Positions 1-8,867 of a stretch of 64,000 bases of DNA are shown here, one piece after another. The DNA lies in NCBI GenBank assembly GCA_963728395.1, contig CAVSJJ010000008.1, positions 422,227 through 486,226 of the forward strand, given 5' to 3'. The notes beneath the pieces were generated by a model. It was not told the origin of the DNA, searched no databases, and was given only the letters and a program-made list of their open reading frames with translations. The first letter of the stretch is position 1, and every line of letters starts with the position of its first letter. This DNA comes from an uncultured Actinomycetota bacterium. GTDB lineage: Bacteria > Actinomycetota > Actinomycetes > Actinomycetales > Dermatophilaceae. The translations under genes were made by a program, and so were the position numbers.

Positions 1-2
1 TC

Positions 3-2615
3 GAGGTCGACGGCCTCGACGTCGCCGGCGGCGAGCCGCCCCGGTTCCGGGCCTTCTGGGCCCACGACCGTGCCGAGGAGCGGCAGGCCCTCATCGACTT
101 CGTCGCCTACCTCTCCCGCCGCCGGCGGCGCTGGCCGGACCTGCACGTCTACCACTACGCGGCGTACGAGCCGAGCGCGCTGCTCCGGCTCGCCGCACGC
201 CACGGCGTGTGCGAGGACGACATCGACCAGCTCCTGCGGGACGGCGTCTTCGTCGATCTCTATGCCGTCGTGCGCGCGAGCGTGCTTGTCTCGCAGCGCT
301 CCTACAGCCTCAAGAAGCTCGAACCCCTCTACATGGCGGGCCGCTCGGGCGAGGTGACCAAGGCCGACGAGTCGATCGTGGTCTACCACGGGGTCATCGA
401 CGCACGCATCGCCGGCCGCACCGACGAGGCCGCGCGGCTGCTCGCCGGCATCGCCTCCTACAACGAGGACGACTGCGTCTCGACCCTCCGACTGCGCGAC
501 TGGCTCCGGGCCCGGGTCGCCGGGGAGGAACCCACCCCCTCCGCTGGTAGCGACCTGCCCGTGCCGGTGCCGCTCGAGGTCTCGGAGCGACGGCAGCGGC
601 TCATCGACCTCGAGGGCCGGCTGCGCGCCCTCGTCGCGGACGTCAAGCCGCACGAGCGCACGCCCGCGCAGCAGGCGGTCGCCATGGTCGCCGCGTCCCT
701 GCAGTTCCACGCGCGCGAGGACAAGCCGTTCTGGTGGCGACACTTCGACCGGCTTCGCTCGCCGGTCGGCGACTGGGTCCCGGAGCCGGGTGTCTTCGTC
801 GTCGACCGATGCGAGGTACTGCAGGGGTGGCACCGGGCAACGGCGCGACAGCGACCGCGGCGCATCGTCCGCCTGTCCGGGGAGCCGCTCGGCGGCGTCC
901 TCCTCGGCCCGGGTGTCGCCGTCTCGGCGATCTACCGGGACCCTCCGCCGGCCGGGGTGACGACCCAGCCGGGGCACCTCCACGCGCGCTCCTCGGCGAC
1001 GATCCGGATCCTCGAGGCCGAGGAGACGATCGCCCCCAACGGCCGGACCCATCAAGTCCTCACCCTCGAGGAGCTCCAACCCAGGGGGGGCGAGGACCAC
1101 GTCCACGAGCCGGTCGCCCTCGTGCCGTCCGGAATCATCCCGACGACGAAGATCGACGATGCCCTCGCCCAGCTCGCCGAGGAGGTCCTGGCCGCTCATC
1201 CGGCCCTGCCGAACCGGGCCGGGCTCGACCTGCTCGCGCGGCGGCCACCGCGGCTGCGCACCCGTGCTGCGCTGCCGCGGGTCGGGGCCGGGCCGGACCG
1301 GTTCGCCGACGCGATCACGGCGGCGGTGCTCGACCTGGACTCCTCGATGCTCGCCGTCCAGGGACCGCCGGGGACCGGCAAGACCCACGTGGGGGCCCGG
1401 GTCATCGCCACCCTCGTGCGCCACCACGGATGGCGGGTCGGGGTGAGCGCCCAGTCGCACGCGGCCGTCGAGAACCTCCTCACGGCGGTCGTCGCCGCCG
1501 GGGTGCCGGGCGGTCTCGTCGGCAAGAACGGCGTCGAGACCGACAACCCGACCTGGACCGACGTCGGGTCCTCCGACGCCCTCGCCGAGTTCGCCGCCGG
1601 GAGAGAGGCGGGCTACGTCGTCGGCGGCACCGCCTGGGACCTGTGCCACGAGGGCCGGGTCGGCCGCGGCGACCTCGACCTGCTCGTCGTCGACGAGGCC
1701 GGGCAGTTCAGCCTCGCGAAGACCCTCGCCGTCTCGGTCGCCGCCGAGCGGCTCCTCCTCCTCGGCGACCCCCAGCAGCTCCCCCAGGTCTCGCAGGGGT
1801 CCCACCCCGAGCCGGTCGACGACTCGGCCCTCGGCTGGCTCATCGGCGACGCGGCCGTGCTGCCCTCCTCCCGCGGTTACTTCCTCGAGACGACCTGGCG
1901 GATGCATCCCGCCCTGACCGCGCCGGTGTCCCGGCTCGCGTATGCCGGTCGGCTCCGCTCCGAGGAGCGGGTCACCCGGGCCCGCCGGCTCGACGGCATA
2001 CCGGCGGGGCTGCACATCCGCGAGGTCGAGCACCACGACAACGCCACCCACTCCGCCGAGGAGGCCGACGTCGTCCTCGCGCTCGCCCGGGACCTCCTCG
2101 GGCGGACCTGGGTCGCTCCCGACGAGCCCGCCGGTGCCGCCGGCCGGCCGCTGCAGGAGCGTGACCTGTGCGTCATCACCCCCTACAACGCCCAGGTCAC
2201 CCTGCTGCGCGCCGTCCTCGACGAGGCCGGCCTCACCGAGGTGCCGGTCGGCACCGTCGACAAGTTCCAGGGTCGGCAGGCGGTCGTCGTCCTCGTCTCG
2301 ATGGCGGCCTCGGCGCACGCGGACGTCGCGCGTGGGGTCGGGTTCCTCCTCGACCGCCACCGGCTCAACGTCGCGATCTCCCGCGGGAAGTGGGCGGCCT
2401 ACCTCGTCCGGTCAGCGGCCCTGACCGACGCGGTGCCTCGCTCGCCCGCCGAGCTCATCGCGCTCGGCGCGTTCCTCGGGCTGGCCGATCAGGCCTCGTC
2501 GTCCTCCTCGTACGCGATGGCGAACGGGTCCTCGGCGAAGGTCTCGTCGTCGTCCTCGTCGTGGGCGAGCGCCACGGTGAAGACGCGGACCGGCTCGAGC
2601 CCGTCGGTGTCGTAG
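3..2615 (+). CDS. RecB-like (TM0106-type) nuclease domain fused to Upf1/DNA2-like SF1 helicase; 5' end lies outside the window
   Basis: Frame is open from nt 3. The N-terminal region looks nuclease-like (HVYHYAAYE, YNEDDCVSTLRLRDWL). Helicase motifs: AVQGPPGTGKTH, LLVVDEAGQ, LLGDPQQLPQV, TWRMHP, VGTVDKFQGRQ, LNVAISRGK. The last ~40 Ser-rich codons are antisense to the next gene and may not be genuine. Confidence 0.85.
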   Translation, partial: EVDGLDVAGGEPPRFRAFWAHDRAEERQALIDFVAYLSRRRRRWPDLHVYHYAAYEPSALLRLAARHGVCEDDIDQLLRDGVFVDLYAVVRASVLVSQRSYSLKKLEPLYMAGRSGEVTKADESIVVYHGVIDARIAGRTDEAARLLAGIASYNEDDCVSTLRLRDWLRARVAGEEPTPSAGSDLPVPVPLEVSERRQRLIDLEGRLRALVADVKPHERTPAQQAVAMVAASLQFHAREDKPFWWRHFDRLRSPVGDWVPEPGVFVVDRCEVLQGWHRATARQRPRRIVRLSGEPLGGVLLGPGVAVSAIYRDPPPAGVTTQPGHLHARSSATIRILEAEETIAPNGRTHQVLTLEELQPRGGEDHVHEPVALVPSGIIPTTKIDDALAQLAEEVLAAHPALPNRAGLDLLARRPPRLRTRAALPRVGAGPDRFADAITAAVLDLDSSMLAVQGPPGTGKTHVGARVIATLVRHHGWRVGVSAQSHAAVENLLTAVVAAGVPGGLVGKNGVETDNPTWTDVGSSDALAEFAAGREAGYVVGGTAWDLCHEGRVGRGDLDLLVVDEAGQFSLAKTLAVSVAAERLLLLGDPQQLPQVSQGSHPEPVDDSALGWLIGDAAVLPSSRGYFLETTWRMHPALTAPVSRLAYAGRLRSEERVTRARRLDGIPAGLHIREVEHHDNATHSAEEADVVLALARDLLGRTWVAPDEPAGAAGRPLQERDLCVITPYNAQVTLLRAVLDEAGLTEVPVGTVDKFQGRQAVVVLVSMAASAHADVARGVGFLLDRHRLNVAISRGKWAAYLVRSAALTDAVPRSPAELIALGAFLGLADQASSSSSYAMANGSSAKVSSSSSSWASATVKTRTGSSPSVS

Positions 2616-2818
2616 ACCGCGTCCATCCCGAACGCCTCGAGCAGCTGTTCGACGGCGCCCTCCGCGTCGAGCACCTCGGCGTCGGCCCGGTCGGTGGTCT
2701 CCGGGTGGTTCAGCCGGTACGCGGCCCGCCCGGACTCCAGCACCGCGGCGAGGTCGCAGACGCGGAAGTCCCACCGGCCCACGACGCTGACGATCCCGTG
2801 TTCGCTGCGCTGCTTCAT
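2489..2818 (-). CDS. small acidic hypothetical protein (109 aa)
   Basis: ATG ORF with natural-looking composition and an acidic tail (DEDDDETFAEDPFAIAYEEDDEA). No family recognised. Overlaps the helicase ORF 3' end by 127 nt. Confidence 0.45.
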   Translation of the reverse strand: MKQRSEHGIVSVVGRWDFRVCDLAAVLESGRAAYRLNHPETTDRADAEVLDAEGAVEQLLEAFGMDAVYDTDGLEPVRVFTVALAHDEDDDETFAEDPFAIAYEEDDEA

Positions 2819-3348
2819 GCGGCCGAACCTATCGCGCCCTGCTTGGGGATCTCTTTGCCGAACTCATGCCAAGGTCTGACCGGAGACAGCACCCCGCCAT
2901 AACAACCCCGACCTAGGCTCGAAGAGGGCGATCCCACCTGCCCCAGATGTCTCGCGATGAACAGGAATCACATGACGGCCGCACCAACCACCGCCGGTCC
3001 CGCAACGGGCCGTCCGGTGGGTTGCCCAGCCGGTGCGACCCCCGACGTGTGGTCCGATGTGTCGGGCGCCGGCTCCTTACGGTCGCCCGTTGGTGCCAGC
3101 AGGGACGGGCCCGCCGGCACCAACCACCGGCCCGCGTCAGCCTTCTGAGGGACCAGGGCCGCGTCGACGCTCCCACGTTGTCGGCGCGGACCCTCACGGA
3201 GGCAGCCGCTCGAGGAACACCACCCCCCGGGTGATCCTCGCGGCACCGCAGGGGCGCCGGGGCCCCGGTCGACGGCTCGCCGTGGCCGGGGCCCCGGTGT
3301 GCGCGGGTCGGGGCGCGGAGCCGAGGACGGGCCCGGGTGGACAGCAAC

Positions 3349-3387
3349 GTCAACGGGCCGCGTCCGATGCGGACGCGGCCCGTTGAC
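3349..3387 (-). terminator. perfect 17-bp stem hairpin immediately downstream of tRNA-Ala
   Basis: gtcaacgggccgcgtcc / gatgc loop / ggacgcggcccgttgac, 3 nt after the tRNA 3' end on the minus strand. No clear U-tract. Confidence 0.5.
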
Positions 3388-3390
3388 CAG

Positions 3391-3466
3391 TGGTGGAGCT
3401 GACGGGACTCGAACCCGTGGCCTCCTCGTTGCGAACGAGGCGCGCTACCAACTGCGCCACAGCCCC
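3391..3466 (-). tRNA. tRNA-Ala(CGC): tRNA-Ala (anticodon CGC), CCA encoded
   Basis: The reverse complement reads GGGGCTGTGGCGCAGTTGGTAGCGCGCCTCGTTCGCAACGAGGAGGCCACGGGTTCGAATCCCGTCAGCTCCACCA. It folds as a 76-nt cloverleaf with the G3:U70 alanine identity pair, anticodon loop TTCGCAA and a GGTTCGAATCC T-arm. Confidence 0.92.
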
Positions 3467-3584
3467 AGAAGTGCGGGAGACACGATAACACCGCCGTGAC
3501 CGGCGCCCCTAAACGAGCGAACCGTGCTCCCCAGCCTTCGGCGAGCCAGGCCCGACCCGGCCGGCACGGCATACCCTGTCGACC

Positions 3585-4850
3585 ATGCGCCTGCCGAAGC
3601 TGACCGCCGCCTCGCGCCCCGCCGCCGAGGACCCCGAGCCGGCCTCCGCCCGCGCGACCGCACGTGCCTGGGAGCCCGACGACGACCACCGGCCGGACGC
3701 CTGGTCGGTTCCGCGAGGTGTCCGGACCGCGAGCGAGTGGTCCTGGCGCTTCATCGTCATCGCCGTGGCCCTGTATGGCGTGCTCTGGGTGCTCGCCTAT
3801 CTCTCCGAGGTCGTCGTGCCCGTCGTCGTCGCGATCCTCCTCACCGCCCTGCTGCGGCCGGTCTCGCAGTGGCTGTCCCGCTTCATGCCGAACGGCCTGG
3901 CGGCCGGGTTCACCGTCCTCGGGGGCCTCGGGCTCATCGGCGGGGTCCTCTCCGTCGTCGGCAGCCAGTTCTCCGCACAGTTCGGCGACATCCTCGACAA
4001 GACGACCCAGGGCATCGACGAGGTCCGCTCGTGGATCCGGTCGACCTTCCACGTCACCGACACCCAGCTCGGACAGTGGGTCGACGACATCCGCAACCAG
4101 ATCACGTCGAACAACACCAACATCGGCCAGACGGCCGCACAGGCCGGCGTGACCGCCACCCACGCGATCACCGGGATGGCCATCGCCCTGTTCACCCTCT
4201 TCTTCTTCCTCTACGAGGGCGAGCGGCTGTGGACCTGGGTGGTCCGGCTCTTCCCGCGGGCGACCCGGGAGAAGGTCCACTCCTCGGGGCTCATCGCCTG
4301 GGGCCAGCTGTCGGCCTTCACCCGGGCGACCGTCCTCGTCGCCGCGGTGGACGCGATCGTCATCGGCGTCGGTGCGGCGATCCTCCACGTGCCCTTCGCC
4401 TCGGGGATCGGGGTGCTCATCTTCTTCGGTGCGTTCGTGCCCATCATCGGGGCGTTCGTCTCCGGTTCGGTCGCCGTGCTGCTGGCGCTCGTCGCGTTCG
4501 GGCCGATCCAGGCGGCCATCATGCTCACGATCATCGTCGGCACGATGCAGCTCGAGAGCCACGTCCTCCAGCCGTTCCTGCTCGGCCGGGCCGTGCGGGT
4601 CCACCCGCTGTCGGTCATCCTCGCCATCGCGGCCGGGATCATCGTCGCCGGCATCATCGGCGCGCTCATCGCCGTCCCGACCGTCGCCGTCCTCAACGCC
4701 GTGGGACACCACCTGCTCGACGCCGACGCTGCGCCGGACGGTCCCGACGACGCGCTGTCCAGCGCCGAGGGACGCTCCGCCGGCGCGGCGACGGACGACG
4801 CCGATGACCTCGACGCGGCGGCGTGGGACGGCATACCGGGCCAGGCCTGA
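3585..4850 (+). CDS. AI-2E family transporter (PerM/UPF0118-type permease)
   Basis: 421-aa polytopic membrane protein with about 8 hydrophobic segments and a charged N-terminal extension. Overall pattern resembles AI-2E/UPF0118 permeases. Start codon uncertain. Confidence 0.75.
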   Translation: MRLPKLTAASRPAAEDPEPASARATARAWEPDDDHRPDAWSVPRGVRTASEWSWRFIVIAVALYGVLWVLAYLSEVVVPVVVAILLTALLRPVSQWLSRFMPNGLAAGFTVLGGLGLIGGVLSVVGSQFSAQFGDILDKTTQGIDEVRSWIRSTFHVTDTQLGQWVDDIRNQITSNNTNIGQTAAQAGVTATHAITGMAIALFTLFFFLYEGERLWTWVVRLFPRATREKVHSSGLIAWGQLSAFTRATVLVAAVDAIVIGVGAAILHVPFASGIGVLIFFGAFVPIIGAFVSGSVAVLLALVAFGPIQAAIMLTIIVGTMQLESHVLQPFLLGRAVRVHPLSVILAIAAGIIVAGIIGALIAVPTVAVLNAVGHHLLDADAAPDGPDDALSSAEGRSAGAATDDADDLDAAAWDGIPGQA

Positions 4851-4878
4851 CCCCGCGCCCCCTCCTCCCCCTACCCTC

Positions 4879-4950
4879 TGCAGGAACCTCTGCTAGCAGA
4901 GGTTCCTGCACGACGGGGGTGTTGCAGCACCCCCGTTCTGCAGGAACCTG
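4879..4950. repeat. composite palindromic intergenic element, copy A
   Basis: Perfect 32-nt palindrome tgcaggaacctctgctagcagaggttcctgca (4879-4910), then hairpin acgggggtg-ttgcag-cacccccgt (4912-4935), then a partial arm ctgcaggaacctg. Lies between convergent gene ends. A second, inverted copy is at 10887-10958. Confidence 0.8.
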
Positions 4951-5008
4951 TCCGTCGACGGGCGGGGGGGGTGACTGGGGGCCCAGCGCAGCAGCGGCCG
5001 CCGGGCGG

Positions 5009-5896
5009 TCAGGCGCCGGCGACCCGGCGCTCGGGTTCGCCGTATGCCGCGTCGTCGAGGCGGACCGGCTCGGGAGCCGGCGTCGTCTCGGCGGGCGGCG
5101 GGGCGGGTCGCTCGGCCTTGGCCTTCATCGCGTACGTCGGGCGGGGCACCGGGATCGGGTCCCAGGTGAGCGGGATGTCGTCCTCGTCGACGAGCGGCGC
5201 GGCCGGCTCGGGCTCGAGGAGCACCGGCTCGCTCTGCTGCGCCGGGGCGGCGACTCCGTCGCCCGGCCCGGCGGCGGCGGGCGGTGCCGCGTGGTCGGTC
5301 CGCTCCGCCGTCTCGGTGGCCCCGGTCCGATCGGGGGCCTCTGCCGCGAGCGACGAGTCCGTTCGGAGCGTCGCGCTGCCGGCGAGTCGGATCGAGCCGC
5401 TCGTGGTGACCGGGTCGCGAACGATCCTGCGGGCCTCGGCGGACAGCCGACGAGCGCGGGCCTCGCCCCGGACACCGGCGCGCAGCCAGCCGACGCCGAT
5501 GCCGACGAGCGCGGTCGGCGCGAGGACCGCCAGCCACGGCAGGACGCCGAACCCCGCCGCGGGGATCGCGGCGAGGGTGGCGACGAGGCCGGTGAGCAGG
5601 GTCAGGCCGCGGACGCGCCGACCGGGCCGCATCGCCCCGACCCGAGGCCGCTCGTCGGGCTCGGCGGCCACCCTGGGACCGCCGGGCACGGCGCGGATCG
5701 GGCTCGCGGCATACGACCTCGCGGCCGGCTCCGCGGACGCGGCCGGCGAACGCCGCTCGAGGACGCGCATCGAGTCGGACAGCTGGTCGGCGGTGCGGGC
5801 GGTGACGAGGTTGTCCCGTCGGCGCACCCAATAGAGCACGAAGTAGGCAGCCCACACCCCGAGAAGGACGAGAAAGATCACGCTGCTCGGCTGCAC
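5009..5896 (-). CDS. sepX: membrane protein, probable divisome protein SepX/GlpR (receptor of gephyrin-like Glp)
   Basis: GTG start gives MQPSSVIFLVLLGVWAAYFVLYWVRRRD (N-terminal TM plus basic patch), a second TM pair, and a Pro/Ala/Glu-rich tail. Position next to rimJ and moeA matches the Rv0996/Rv0995/Rv0994 arrangement. The longer 487-aa ORF in the track is an Arg-rich upstream read-through. Confidence 0.5.
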   Translation of the reverse strand: MQPSSVIFLVLLGVWAAYFVLYWVRRRDNLVTARTADQLSDSMRVLERRSPAASAEPAARSYAASPIRAVPGGPRVAAEPDERPRVGAMRPGRRVRGLTLLTGLVATLAAIPAAGFGVLPWLAVLAPTALVGIGVGWLRAGVRGEARARRLSAEARRIVRDPVTTSGSIRLAGSATLRTDSSLAAEAPDRTGATETAERTDHAAPPAAAGPGDGVAAPAQQSEPVLLEPEPAAPLVDEDDIPLTWDPIPVPRPTYAMKAKAERPAPPPAETTPAPEPVRLDDAAYGEPERRVAGA

Positions 5897-5925
5897 GGTG
5901 CTGACGTTAGGGCGGCGTACGCGCC

Positions 5926-6591
5926 TTACTGCGGATCCGCCTCGGTGTGTCGCCAAAGTGACGGTTGTGAATCTCTGAGGCGCCCGACGAGCGAGCGGCC
6001 GCCGAGGTCCTCCGACGTCAGCGCGAAGGAGAGATGGTCGCGCCAGCCCCCGTCGATGTGCAGCATCCGCAGCCGGGTCCCCTCGGGGCGGAACCCGAGC
6101 TTGCGGACGACGGCCAGCGATGCGGTGTTCTCCGGACGGATGTTGACCTCGAGCCGGTGCAGACCGAGGACGTCGAAGACATGGTCGCCGCACAGGGCCA
6201 GCGCCATCGGAGCGACCCCGCGCCCGGCGATGGCCCGGCTCACCCAGTACCCGGCGGTGCAGGAGCGGAAGGAGCCGAGGACGATGTTGCTCAGCGTGAT
6301 CTGCCCGACGATCCGGCCGTCGACCTCGATGACGAGCGGGAGCATCCGGCCCGCGGCGGCCTCGGTGTCGTAGTGACGGACCAGCTCGTCGAACGTGCGC
6401 GCTCCGCCCTCGTCGATCGGCGACGTCGCGTCCCACCGCTCGAGCCACGCGGCGTTGTACCGCCGGACCCACTGGTACTCCCGGGCATCCGAGACGACCA
6501 TCGGGCGCAGGACGAGCGGGTCACCGAGGCGAGCCACGCCGACGAGCCGGACCGGCCAGCCGACGGCCGGTGCGCCGCGGCGCCGGAACAT
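5926..6591 (-). CDS. rimJ: GNAT family N-acetyltransferase, RimJ/RimL-like
   Basis: 221 aa with a GNAT core (QITLSNIVLGSFRSCTAGYWV...GRGVAPMAL...HRLEVNIRPENTASLAVVRKLGFRPEG). The start overlaps the mogA stop (TGATG). Confidence 0.75.
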   Translation of the reverse strand: MFRRRGAPAVGWPVRLVGVARLGDPLVLRPMVVSDAREYQWVRRYNAAWLERWDATSPIDEGGARTFDELVRHYDTEAAAGRMLPLVIEVDGRIVGQITLSNIVLGSFRSCTAGYWVSRAIAGRGVAPMALALCGDHVFDVLGLHRLEVNIRPENTASLAVVRKLGFRPEGTRLRMLHIDGGWRDHLSFALTSEDLGGRSLVGRLRDSQPSLWRHTEADPQ

Positions 6592-7142
6592 CAGTGGTCG
6601 CCCCCGCCGAGCTGGCTCAGCGCGTGGGGCAGCAGCGGCTCGAGGACTTCGAGCGCGTCGCGGACACCCCCGCTCGAGCCGGGCAGGTTGACGACGAGGG
6701 TTCGACCGGCGACCCCGGCGAGTCCGCGGGAGAGGGCGGCCGTGGCGACGCCCTTGGCCGCTCCGGCGGCGCGGATCGCGTCGGCGACGCCGGGCAGTTC
6801 GAGGTCGAGCAGCGGCGCGGTCGCCTCCGGAGTGCGGTCGGTCGGCGAGATGCCGGTGCCGCCGGTCGTCAGGACGAGGTCGGGTCGCCGGTCGAGCGCT
6901 GCGGAGAGGGCCGTGGCGACCTCCGGACCGTCCGGGACCGCGGTGGGACCGATCACCTCACAGCCCCAGCCGCGCAGTGTCTCGGCGATGAGCGCGCCCC
7001 CGCGGTCGGGGTAGACCCCCTCGGACGCCCGGGTCGAGCAGGTGACCACGACGGCGACCCGGCCGTCGAGCGGCGTGGCGCCCGTCGCGGGGTCCCGCCC
7101 AGCGCCCCGCACGGGCTCCGGCGCGGGGCCCGACCCGCTCAC
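6591..7142 (-). CDS. mogA: MogA/MoaB family molybdenum cofactor biosynthesis protein
   Basis: VAVVVTCSTRASEG...DLVLTTGGTGISPTDRTPEAT...VVNLPGSSGGVRDAL are typical MoCF_biosynth motifs. 4-nt overlap with moaC. Confidence 0.8.
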   Translation of the reverse strand: MSGSGPAPEPVRGAGRDPATGATPLDGRVAVVVTCSTRASEGVYPDRGGALIAETLRGWGCEVIGPTAVPDGPEVATALSAALDRRPDLVLTTGGTGISPTDRTPEATAPLLDLELPGVADAIRAAGAAKGVATAALSRGLAGVAGRTLVVNLPGSSGGVRDALEVLEPLLPHALSQLGGGDH

Positions 7143-7627
7143 GCCTCGCTCCAGTCGCCGGAGCGTCCCCCGGACTTCGCCGTCACCCGCACATCGGTGA
7201 TCCGTGCATGCCTGTCGACGGACTTGACCATGTCGATGAGCCCGAGCGCGGCGACGCTCACCGCGGTGAGTGCCTCCATCTCGATGCCGGTCCGATCCGC
7301 CGTCCGGACCGATGCGGTGATGTCGACGCCGTCGTCGGCGACGGTGAGGTCGACCTCGACCCCGTGGACGGCGATGGGGTGGGCGAGCGGGACCAGCTCG
7401 GGGGTCCGCTTGACCGCCTGGATGCCGGCGATCCGCGCCACCGCGAGCGCGTCGCCCTTGGGCACGGTCCCGTCGCGCAGCGCGGCGACGGCCGCCTGCG
7501 ACAGGAGCACCCGCCCCGCGGCCGTGGCCACCCGGGCCGTGACGTCCTTGCCCGAGACGTCGACCATGTGCGCCGACCCGTCCGGCCGCACGTGGGTGAG
7601 CCGGTTGGCCCCGGCGTCAGCAGACAT
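7139..7627 (-). CDS. moaC: cyclic pyranopterin monophosphate synthase MoaC
   Basis: Internal ATG of the 440-aa ORF gives 162 aa: [21 protein letters not shown]...[28 protein letters not shown]...[28 protein letters not shown]. Confidence 0.9.
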   Translation of the reverse strand: MSADAGANRLTHVRPDGSAHMVDVSGKDVTARVATAAGRVLLSQAAVAALRDGTVPKGDALAVARIAGIQAVKRTPELVPLAHPIAVHGVEVDLTVADDGVDITASVRTADRTGIEMEALTAVSVAALGLIDMVKSVDRHARITDVRVTAKSGGRSGDWSEA

Positions 7628-8867
7628 GGGCACGATCCTGCCCCAGCAACGGGATACAGGTAAGGGGCATCCCCTCGTGCACCTCGGTGACATCCGGTGG
7701 CACGACGGCGAGGGCGGTGGCCTCGGCGAGCGCGCCGACCGCGTGCGAGGCTTGTCCGCCGAAGGGCCGCACCCGGACCGGGCCTCCGTCCTGGCTGGGC
7801 TCGACGACGACCCGGCTGAACTCCGCCTTGACCGGAACCGAGCGCCAGTCGACGCCGGCGACGGCCGAGAACCGGGGCGCGGCGTGCGGGTCGGCCCCGG
7901 CGAGCAGCCGCAGCGCGGGCAGGACGAACACGTGGAAGGAGACGAGGGAGGAGAGCGGGTTGCCGGGAAGGGTGATGATCGGCGTATGCCGCGGCCCGAC
8001 GAGGCCGAACCCCTGCGGCATGCCGGGGCGCATCGCCACCTTGACGAACCGGACTCCCCCGTCGGCGGTGAGCACCTCCTTGACGATGTCGTAGGCGCCC
8101 ATCGACACCCCGCCGGAGGTGAGGACGAGGTCGGGGTCGCCCGGCGGATCGAGGAGGAAGGCCCGCATCTCGTCGGCGTCGTCCCGCAGGTGGACGACGG
8201 TGGCGAGCTCGGCCCCGGCGGCCGCAACGAGTGCGGCGAGCATGATCCCGTTGGAGTTGACGATCTGGCCGTGCCCGAGCTCGCTGCCCGGCGCGACGAG
8301 CTCGTCACCCGTCGAGACGACGGCGACCCGGGGGCGACGGACGACGTCGAGCTCGCCGAGGTTGGCGGACGCCGCGAGGGACAGGTGCCCCGGGGAGAGG
8401 ACGGTCCCGGCCCGCAGGACGATGTCGCCGGAGCGGACGTCCTCGCCACGGAAGCGGACATGCCGCCCCACGGCAGGCGCCAGCCGGAGCGCGGCGGCCT
8501 CGGTGCCGCCGTCGCTCTCCTCGACGGGGACGACCGCGTCCGCCCCCTCCGGCAGCGGGGCGCCGGTCATGATCCGCATCGTCCGGCCCGGGACGAGGAC
8601 GCGGCTGCGCGTGTCGCCGGCGGCGATGTCGCCGTCGACCGGCAGGCGGACGGGCGAGTCCGGGCCGGCGGCGGCGACGTCGGCCGCGCGCACGGCATAC
8701 CCGTCCATGGCCGAGTTGGTGAAGCCGGGCAGGTCGGTGCGCGAGGCGACGTCGGCCGCGAGGGCGCGGCCGAGGGCGCCAGCCACGCCGACCCGCTCGC
8801 TCGGCAGCGGGGTGAGGGCGGCGAGGATCCCCGCGAGGTGGTCCGCGACCGGAACCAGCTCAGGCAT
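7617..8867 (-). CDS. moeA: MoeA-family molybdopterin molybdotransferase / gephyrin-like protein (Glp candidate)
   Basis: 416 aa with [38 protein letters not shown] and [10 protein letters not shown]. Synteny matches Rv0994 moeA1. Confidence 0.85.
   Translation of the reverse strand: MPELVPVADHLAGILAALTPLPSERVGVAGALGRALAADVASRTDLPGFTNSAMDGYAVRAADVAAAGPDSPVRLPVDGDIAAGDTRSRVLVPGRTMRIMTGAPLPEGADAVVPVEESDGGTEAAALRLAPAVGRHVRFRGEDVRSGDIVLRAGTVLSPGHLSLAASANLGELDVVRRPRVAVVSTGDELVAPGSELGHGQIVNSNGIMLAALVAAAGAELATVVHLRDDADEMRAFLLDPPGDPDLVLTSGGVSMGAYDIVKEVLTADGGVRFVKVAMRPGMPQGFGLVGPRHTPIITLPGNPLSSLVSFHVFVLPALRLLAGADPHAAPRFSAVAGVDWRSVPVKAEFSRVVVEPSQDGGPVRVRPFGGQASHAVGALAEATALAVVPPDVTEVHEGMPLTCIPLLGQDRAHVC

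Noticed and set aside
2489-2615. The 127-nt convergent overlap of the helicase ORF with the acidic 109-aa ORF as a functional antisense arrangement.
   Set aside because: The helicase tail translation here (SSSSSYAMANGSSAKVSSSSSSW) is simply the mirror of the acidic tail codons. A missed stop or indel, or a spurious extension, is more likely than a designed overlap.
2913-4712. Long ORFs with Arg/Pro/Gly-rich translations. Examples: 2913-4712(-), 4823-6373(+), 6570-8882(+), 10582-13137(+), 12020-13798(-), 17789-19129(-), 21759-25868(+), 41043-43559(+), 41656-43698(-), 48094-50232(+), 50013-51842(+).
   Set aside because: They run antisense to or out of frame with genes that have clear family motifs. 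Their composition (RRRR, PGRP, GDRG) is the usual stop-codon-poor shadow of roughly 70% GC DNA.
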